From the NCBI GenBank assembly GCA_951406725.2, contig OX597825.1:76570001-76634000 (forward strand): a stretch of DNA of 64,000 nucleotides, written 5' to 3'. Origin of the DNA: Octopus vulgaris. Its lineage: Eukaryota. The position numbers and the translations under genes are program-made. Each line of letters starts with the position of its first letter. The first letter of the stretch is position 1. Shown here one piece after another: positions 56,510 through 64,000 of the stretch. A model generated the notes under the pieces. That model did no database searches. It had not been told where the DNA came from and saw only the letters and a program-made list of their open reading frames with translations.

Positions 56510-56662
56510 GCTTCACATGGCTGCTTCATATTATTACTTCACAACACTACTTCACATTACTAATTCACATAACTAGTTCAGATTACTGCAGTACTCAACT
56601 GCTTCACATGACTGCTTCACATTACTGCTCCATATGACCGCTTCACATAACTGCTTCACACA
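56510..56662. repeat. 13-bp minisatellite (GCTTCACATNACT), about 12 units
   Basis: Direct degenerate tandem copies. Confidence 0.85.
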
Positions 56663-57211
56663 GCATAATGGCCACGCACCTATTACAAATGTAGGATTTT
56701 TTCTGTGCGAGAAAATACTTTATCACTGAAGCATTGATGTTGTTGGCTTTCTTTCTTCTTCTCTCCACATGCTTCAAGCTATAGGAGACTAGCCAATGAG
56801 GGAAGCCTCTTCCATGTCACATGACTTTCTTAAATTTGGGACAAAACCGCTACCTAGAATATATCCTATCGGTTTTTAAAAGGAACATTGTATAATATAG
56901 TCTGGGTGACGCTAGTTCTTGAAAAGACAGGATGGCTATAGCTGGGATATTTTAGATCAATGATCGGCTCAGTAACGATTGACCTGGGGTTAAACAGCAA
57001 AATAATAACAGCAATCTACAGAGAGCTCAATCTGGACAAATGCATCAGCTTTAGACTTCTCATTTAAGTTATATACAATATCTATAATACATACCAATCA
57101 ATTTTATCATATACAAACTTACTTGGAAATCGATGCGTGTCATTCAACTAAATAATAATATAATATAATATAATATAATATAATATAATATAATATAATA
57201 TAATATAATAT

Positions 57212-57275
<64 letters not shown>

Positions 57276-57311
57276 AATCTCTGAGCGAGTTACAAACAGT
57301 AGCTGCACGAC

Positions 57312-57599
57312 ATCGTGAAGTATACTTGTCACTTAAATGTGGCTAACCCTTAAGGGTCGATGCTACTGTAGTTTGTAGCCCCAGGACACCTCCTCCAGCT
57401 GGCTATAGACACACCTACTGTGCCCTATCAGTATTTGCAAAGTGAAGATAGAAAGGATGGCTTCCCTTTGCAAACACTGATAGGGCACAGAAAGTGTGTC
57501 TATAGTTAGCTGGACGAGGTGTCCTCCTGGGGCTACAAGTTACAGTAGCATCCACCCTTAAGGGTTAGTCACATTTAAGTGGCAAATATACTTCACGAT
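57312..57599. mobile_element. About 290-bp hairpin (fold-back/MITE-like) element
   Basis: Arms of about 135 bp from atcgtgaagtata to tatacttcacgat, with 13 substitutions and one 3-bp indel by manual alignment; short loop. Confidence 0.88.
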
Positions 57600-57827
57600 A
57601 TATATATGTTTAATTTCCAAGGAAAGATCCGGAGAAATAGTTCCCAGGGTAGCCAAATGTCACATACACACTGTAAGATAAGATAGTAACCACACATAGA
57701 TGGGTAATAATTCCAAGGAGAATTCGTCGAAACAATGATATAAATGATTTAAATAACATCTTGTGCGTTTGTCCCCATTTTCCATTTATATGTATGTATA
57801 TATATATATGTATATATATATATATGT

Positions 57828-57864
<37 letters not shown>

Positions 57865-58244
57865 CATACATACATAAATGTGTATTTGGAAACTACTAAT
57901 ATCTTTCATTCAAAATATTCATCATTTCTATATCTGTGTTTTCTGGCTGCTCACGTTCCGTTGACGATATATTTCGCATACTTAGCATACGAAATCCCGA
58001 CTCAATATCATGATCCGCGTGCTTGGCTATTCGTGAAACAACTGAAACTGACTCTATTTTTTAATCACAACAACTCTGCATTATGTTTATATTCCGTATG
58101 TAACTTGAATGTTTTTCTAGTGATTCCAAATGGTTTTCTTTTTCATTTTTTTATTTTAATCTAGATACACCCGTTCATGAAGACACTACTTCTACACACC
58201 TTTGTTAGGCATTTTCAGCACCACTTTTCAGTTGCAGTTCAAGC

Positions 58245-58278
<34 letters not shown>

Positions 58279-58363
58279 TGCTTGAACTGTAACGGAAAAT
58301 GTATATAAATAAATATATATACACTCACGCACACATATATACATACATACATACATACATACA

Positions 58364-58435
<72 letters not shown>

Positions 58436-58853
58436 CGCACACGCACACGCACACGCGCGCACACACACTTACACACATATATGTGATAACTGTGAAAATA
58501 TTTAAGATCCAGACTTTCACTTCGGCAGAACTTCTTGCAAGGTCATGGCTAGTAAAGTGCTCAAAGTGTGGTGTAAAAAAGTAGATGTATTAATCAGCTA
58601 AAGAATGTTCTTCTTTAATTCATTAGCTAATTAATAGTGGAGCACTCTACAAATCGGGTGTATGTGTGACAAATAGTTGTGTTACAATCTACGCAGAGTA
58701 AATGTAAATAATTTTAACAAAGGAATGGAGAAGTAAATTTAATGTTACGTACGTTTCAATGAATAGCTTCATCAGACATTTTCACCTCCATCGGTAATCA
58801 ACCTGCCGAGATTTATATATATATTTACATTCATACATCCATCAAAACACACA

Positions 58854-58921
<68 letters not shown>

Positions 58922-58946
58922 TACATACATACATACATACATACAT

Positions 58947-59176
58947 CTCTTTACTACCCACAAGGAGCTAAACATAGAGGGGACAAATAAAGACAGACAA
59001 ACAGATTAAGTCGATAACATCGACCCCAGTGCGTAACTGGTACTTAATTTATCGACCCCGAAAGGATGAAAGGCAAAGTCGACCTCGGCGGAATTTGAAC
59101 CCAGAACGTAACGGCAGATGAAATACGGCTACACATTTCGCCCGACGTGCTAACGTTTCTGCCAGCTCGCCGCCTT
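58947..59176 (-). mobile_element. SINE family A, full length, in (TACA)n
   Basis: Complete unit ending gccagctcgccgcct. Confidence 0.92.
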
Positions 59177-59430
59177 AAATACATACATACATACATACAT
59201 ACATACATACATACATACATACATACATACATACATACATACATACATACATACATACATACATGCATGCATGCATACATACATGCACACATGCATATAT
59301 GAGTAGTTGTCTGGTAAGGAGTTTTACTTTTTGCTTCCCAGCCGCATAGTATCGGATCCAGTTCTGCTGTAGGCACTTTGTGCATGTGTCTTCTATTATA
59401 GTTCCAGACCAAATCAGCAGTATATCTATA

Positions 59431-59529
<99 letters not shown>

Positions 59530-59595
59530 ACTACATACATACATACATACATACATACATACATACATACATACATACATACATACATACATACA

Positions 59596-59732
59596 TCATT
59601 CATCATCATTGTTCGATCGTGGTCGAGACAATGGAATTTGCCATGCTACGCCAGACTTCACGGTCCACCATAGCATTACGGAGGTCCTGTTGCTGGATGC
59701 CTGTATCCCTGGAGATTACATCAGGGTAGGAG
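59596..59732 (-). mobile_element. RTE-group LINE extreme 3' end
   Basis: SYPDVISRDTGIQQQDLRNAMVDREVWRSMANSIV.. then stop and (TGA)n tail. Confidence 0.7.
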
Positions 59733-60399
59733 AGTGTGCATACGTACATACATACATGCATACATACATAATACATACATACATACATGCATGCATACAT
59801 ACATACACACACACATGCATACATACATACATACATACATACATACATACATACATACATACATACATACATACATACATACATACATACATACATACAT
59901 ACATACATACATACATACATACATACATACATGCATACATACATACATACATACATACATATACATACATACATACATACATACATACATACATACATAC
60001 ATACATACATACATTTCAAACTACGCAGTACAAACATATACATACGTCCTGAAGCAAGATTAACGTTGGTCTGACACGTGGCTAGCTCTGACCGATGGAG
60101 GATTGTAATAGGTTGTTTTGTTGAGTCTGGTATGAAACCAAACCTGTAATTATTCTTAACTGCAAGGTTAGCTAATTGCAAGATTTGGGCTTGAGATAAA
60201 AGCTTTTGACACTCACCAAGGCAGCTTGTGCCTTGAAAGCAATGTCGTCAGAAAAATGAAAAGCCGACAACAGATTTGAATCCAAAGCGTGCGAGCATGT
60301 AATCTTATCCCTTACGATGCAGGCTTCACTAAATCTCTGTTTGATATTGATAAAAAAACAAAGCAGCTAACAATTAGGTTGAATGTAACAGTAATCTTC

Positions 60400-60486
<87 letters not shown>

Positions 60487-60489
60487 TAT

Positions 60490-61048
60490 AAATGCCCTGA
60501 TGCAGTACCAGGCAGTGGCTCTCATGGCTTCTGATCTTAACTGATTGGAAGTGTTATCATGTACATTGTTTTGTCTTGGTATAAAAGATGGGCTACAGCA
60601 AATATTCTGCTCAATACCACAGATTTGCTTGTCAGTTGTTTGACCATAACCAGTTGACCATGTCCCTTAGTGGCTGACGATATGTGCATCTCTGATCACG
60701 AGCAGAAGTAGTGGGGGAGCATCATAGCCATGTGTTAGAGAGGGATTCTTTGGGGTTTGAATAATTCACCTCTGGAAACATGGGTGTTTCGTTCAACATC
60801 TTTAAACAACCCTTATTCAGGGACCTTTTGAGCAGGATGGGCTACTCGACCAGAAGAACATTCTAACTGGGCCCCACCTGCAAGGTCATGTGCTGTTTAT
60901 CTTGATATAAGATCACCATGTCGCGCACATATGGTTGTGATGCATGTGCCTGGTGTACCCTTATCAGACGGGTAGTCATGATGGGTATATTGGGCTTCGT
61001 ATATTTTACTCCAGTGTCACTTTGATGGCATGAACTGCTCTCTCACTC
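60490..61048 (+). mobile_element. 559-bp non-coding (AAT)n-associated element, full-length copy 1
   Basis: Starts aaatgccctgatgcagtacc, ends ctctctcactc; (AAT)n on both sides. Confidence 0.9.
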
Positions 61049-61060
61049 AATAATAATAAT

Positions 61061-61619
61061 AAATGCCCTGATGCAGTACCAGGCAGTGGTTCTCATGACT
61101 TCTGATTTTAACTGATTGGAAGTGTTATCATGTACATTGTTTTGTTTTGGTATAAAAGATGTGCTACAGCAAATATTCTGCTCAATATCACAGATTTGCT
61201 TGTCAGTTGTTTGACCTTAACCAGTTGACCATGTCCCTTAGTGGCTGATGATATGTGCATCTCCGATCACGAGCAGAAGTAGTGGGGGAGTATCATAGCC
61301 ATGTGTTGAGAGGGATTCTCTGGGGTTTGAATAATTCACCTCTGGAAACATGGGTGTTTCGTTCAACATCCTTAAACAACCCTTACTCAGGGACCTTTTG
61401 AGCGGGATGGGTTACTCGACCAGAAGAACATTCTAACTGGGCCCCACCTGCAAGGTCATGTGCTGTTTATCTTGATATAAGATCATCATGTCGCGCACAT
61501 TATGGTCGTGATGCATGTGCCTGGTGTACCGTTATCAGACGGGTAGTCATGATGGGTATACTGGGCTTCGTATATTTTACCCCAGTGTCACTTTGATGGC
61601 ATGCACTTCTCTCTGACTC
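61061..61619 (+). mobile_element. 559-bp non-coding (AAT)n-associated element, full-length copy 2 (tandem)
   Basis: Same 5' end, near-identical 3' end; separated from copy 1 by (AAT)4. Confidence 0.9.
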
Positions 61620-61711
<92 letters not shown>

Positions 61712-62093
61712 AAATGATAATCCTTTCTACTGGAGGCACAAGGTCTCAGATTTGTGGTGAGTGGACTAGTCGATTACATCGACCCCAGTATTTCACTGGT
61801 ACTTATTATTATTAATAGATCTCTGGTGGAACCCGGTGTGTACAATGCTCAAGGATAGTGGCCTTCTTGCATGCTAAGAGAACTGGATGAGGACCACACT
61901 AAATGTTATTCTCCAAGTAAAACCTCACCACCCGGAAAGGATCCCAGATCTTACCTCTTACCGAATGGGGCAGAAGTGAAAGCAATTGTGGGGGACAGAC
62001 AACTGAGATGCCAAGTCTGACCGTCTCCGCTTTTTCTGCCCACGCAAACAAAACAGGTAAGGGGAAAGGGGGGGCTCCACTTCTGCCGATACC

Positions 62094-62320
62094 TGTTTCT
62101 TTACTACCCACAAGGGGCTAAACACAGAGGGGACAAACAAGGACAGACAAAGGGATTAAGTCGATTATATCGACCTCAGTGCGTAACTGGTACTTAATTT
62201 ATCGACCCCGAAAGGATGAAAGGCAAAGTCGACTTCGGCGGAATTCGAACTCAGAACGTAACGGCAGACGAAATACGGCTACGCATTTCGCCCGGCGTGC
62301 TAACGTTTCTGCCAGCTCGC
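62094..62320 (-). mobile_element. SINE family A with 11-bp TSD
   Basis: TSD ctgccgatacc at 62083-62093 and 62321-62331. Confidence 0.92.
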
Positions 62321-62694
62321 CTGCCGATACCATCGCTGCCACAACAGCAGCATCAGCATCAGCAGCAGCAGCAGTAGCAACAACAACACAACAAAAGCAA
62401 CAACAAGACCACCACCAACAACAGTAACAAGAACGGCACAGCTATCACTCACTCGATCACTAACTAGTTCACCCTCTACTCTTGAATTCTTTATCGTTAT
62501 TTCCTTACTAAACCTTTTCGGTTCTAATCTAATTGTTCTTTTCAGAGCTGACAATCATCGGGCGTTGCTCCCATCAACTCACTCTCAATTAGTTCTCTGA
62601 CCTTACAGTTCTATATTTAAGAGATGAGGAATTATGTACATCATTTAAATTATTTACATTTGATGGAATTAGTTAAGCCACTGTCAACAACAAA

Positions 62695-62960
62695 TGGTGG
62701 TTTGCTCTGAAAAGGGGAATTAAAATAGAATCCATTAGGTTTAGTAAAGCATTAGCGATAGAAAGAAATAAAACAGAGGGAAACAGTCAGAAACTTAGAA
62801 GAGTCGCTTAGGGAAGTCATCCCAAGCCTCATGCTCACGATGAGATTGGCCTTGGGCCAATTCAACCCTATCCACGAGGGATGCATTGTTAGTGCTAAGG
62901 TGCGTTCTCTAAGAAATGAGGGGACAAAACCTGCTCGATGGGCCTGAATGACAGAAACGT
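62695..62960 (+). mobile_element. L1/Tx1-like LINE ORF2 fragment (between endonuclease and RT)
   Basis: WWFALKRGIKIESIRFSKALAIERNK..HEGCIVSAKVRSLRNEGTK resembles the Tx1 WW...K..I / G..VR.R....GE pattern. Confidence 0.55.
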
Positions 62961-63145
62961 AACGTGACAACAAAGCAACAATTCAGTCTTTCGTGGGTCA
63001 AAATGAACAACTCCAGGAAAATCTGCCTCTTTTGAGAAATTTTTCGTTGTTATTGTTTTCACTGATGATACGCTTCTAATTATCTACCCCCACATTGTAT
63101 TGTCCTGTGCCATAGCCAATACTTTTGGGAAACCTTAGTGGTGAA

Positions 63146-63355
63146 TGGCGCGAGTTGGCATAATCGTTAGCACGCCGGGCCAAATGCTTAGCGGTGTTTC
63201 GCCCGTCGCTATGTTCTGAATTCAAATTCCGCAGAGGTCGACTTTGCCTTTAATCCTTACGGGGTCAATAAAATAAGTACCAGTTGAACACGAGAACCGA
63301 TATAATCGACTAGTCCCCTTCCCCAAATTTCAGGTATTGTGCCTATAGTAGAAAC
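63146..63355 (+). mobile_element. SINE family A, diverged copy
   Basis: tggcataatcgttagcacgccgggc..ttcaaattccgcagaggtcgactttgcc. Confidence 0.85.
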
Positions 63356-63356
63356 G

Positions 63357-63491
63357 ATTCTTCTTCTTCTTCTTCTTCTTCTTCTTCTTCTTCTTCTTCT
63401 TCTTCTTCTTCTTCTTCTTCTTCTTCTTCTTCTTCTTCTTCTTCTTCTTCTTCTTCTTCTTCTTCTTCTTCTTCTTCTTCTTCTTCTTCTT

Positions 63492-63571
<80 letters not shown>

Positions 63572-63587
63572 CATTATTATTATTATT
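63357..63587. repeat. (TTC)n-(TTA)n compound tract forming the tail of the adjacent element
   Basis: Direct. Confidence 0.97.
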
Positions 63588-64000
63588 GAGTGAGAGGGCA
63601 GTGCATGTCATCAAAGTGACACAGGGGTAAAATATACGAAGCTCAGTATACCCATCATGACTACCCATCTGATAAGGGTACACCAGGCACATGCATCACA
63701 ACCATAAGTGCGCGACATAGTGATCTCATATTAAGATAAACAGCGCATGACCATTGCACATGGGGCCCAGTTAGAATGGTCCCTGAATATGGATTGTTTA
63801 AGGATGTTGAACAAACCACCCATGTTTCCAGAGGTGAATTATCCAAACCTCTAAGAATTCCTTTCAACACATTGCTATGATGATCCCCCACTACTCCTGC
63901 ACATATTGTCACTAAGGGACATGATCAACTGGTTAAGATCAAACAACTGTCAAGCAAATCTGTGATATTGAGCAGAATATTTGCTGTAGCCCATCTTTTA
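63588..64000 (-). mobile_element. 559-bp (AAT)n-associated element, diverged copy running off the window
   Basis: Reverse complement of the 3' part with small deletions; (AAT)n tail on its own strand. Confidence 0.88.

Noticed and set aside
57470-57505. Hammerhead in the 290-bp hairpin (ctgatagggcacagaaag)
   Set aside because: Core and stems do not fit the consensus
60496-60520. Hammerhead at the 5' end of the 559-bp element (cctgatgcag)
   Set aside because: Core is CTGATGC rather than CTGANGA and no stem II-GAAA follows

Overview
Eukaryotic, AT-rich, extremely microsatellite-dense non-coding DNA (intergenic or a large intron). The SINE families and the repeat load point to a coleoid cephalopod, most likely Octopus; this is inference. 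No intact protein-coding gene can be supported: nearly all ORFs in the track are translations of simple repeats. Between the microsatellites lie at least three tRNA-derived SINE families (about 20 copies, several nested), two decayed Tc1/mariner-superfamily transposons with TIRs (DD34E Tc1 at 32354-33679; DD37D/maT-like at 54449-55332), a mariner MITE, and fragments of R4/Dong, RTE, CR1, Tx1/L1 and Penelope-like (GIY-YIG) retroelements. Two patterns stand out. (1) About eight type-I hammerhead-ribozyme-like motifs, one nearly canonical (16391-16441, minus), several inside long imperfect fold-backs, consistent with Penelope pseudo-LTR or retrozyme-like elements. (2) A non-coding 559-bp element (6 copies) whose 3' end always abuts an (AAT)n tract, forms tandem trains and sits beside R4/Dong fragments in the same tracts; it is a candidate non-autonomous, microsatellite-targeting partner. 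There is one 100-N assembly gap.
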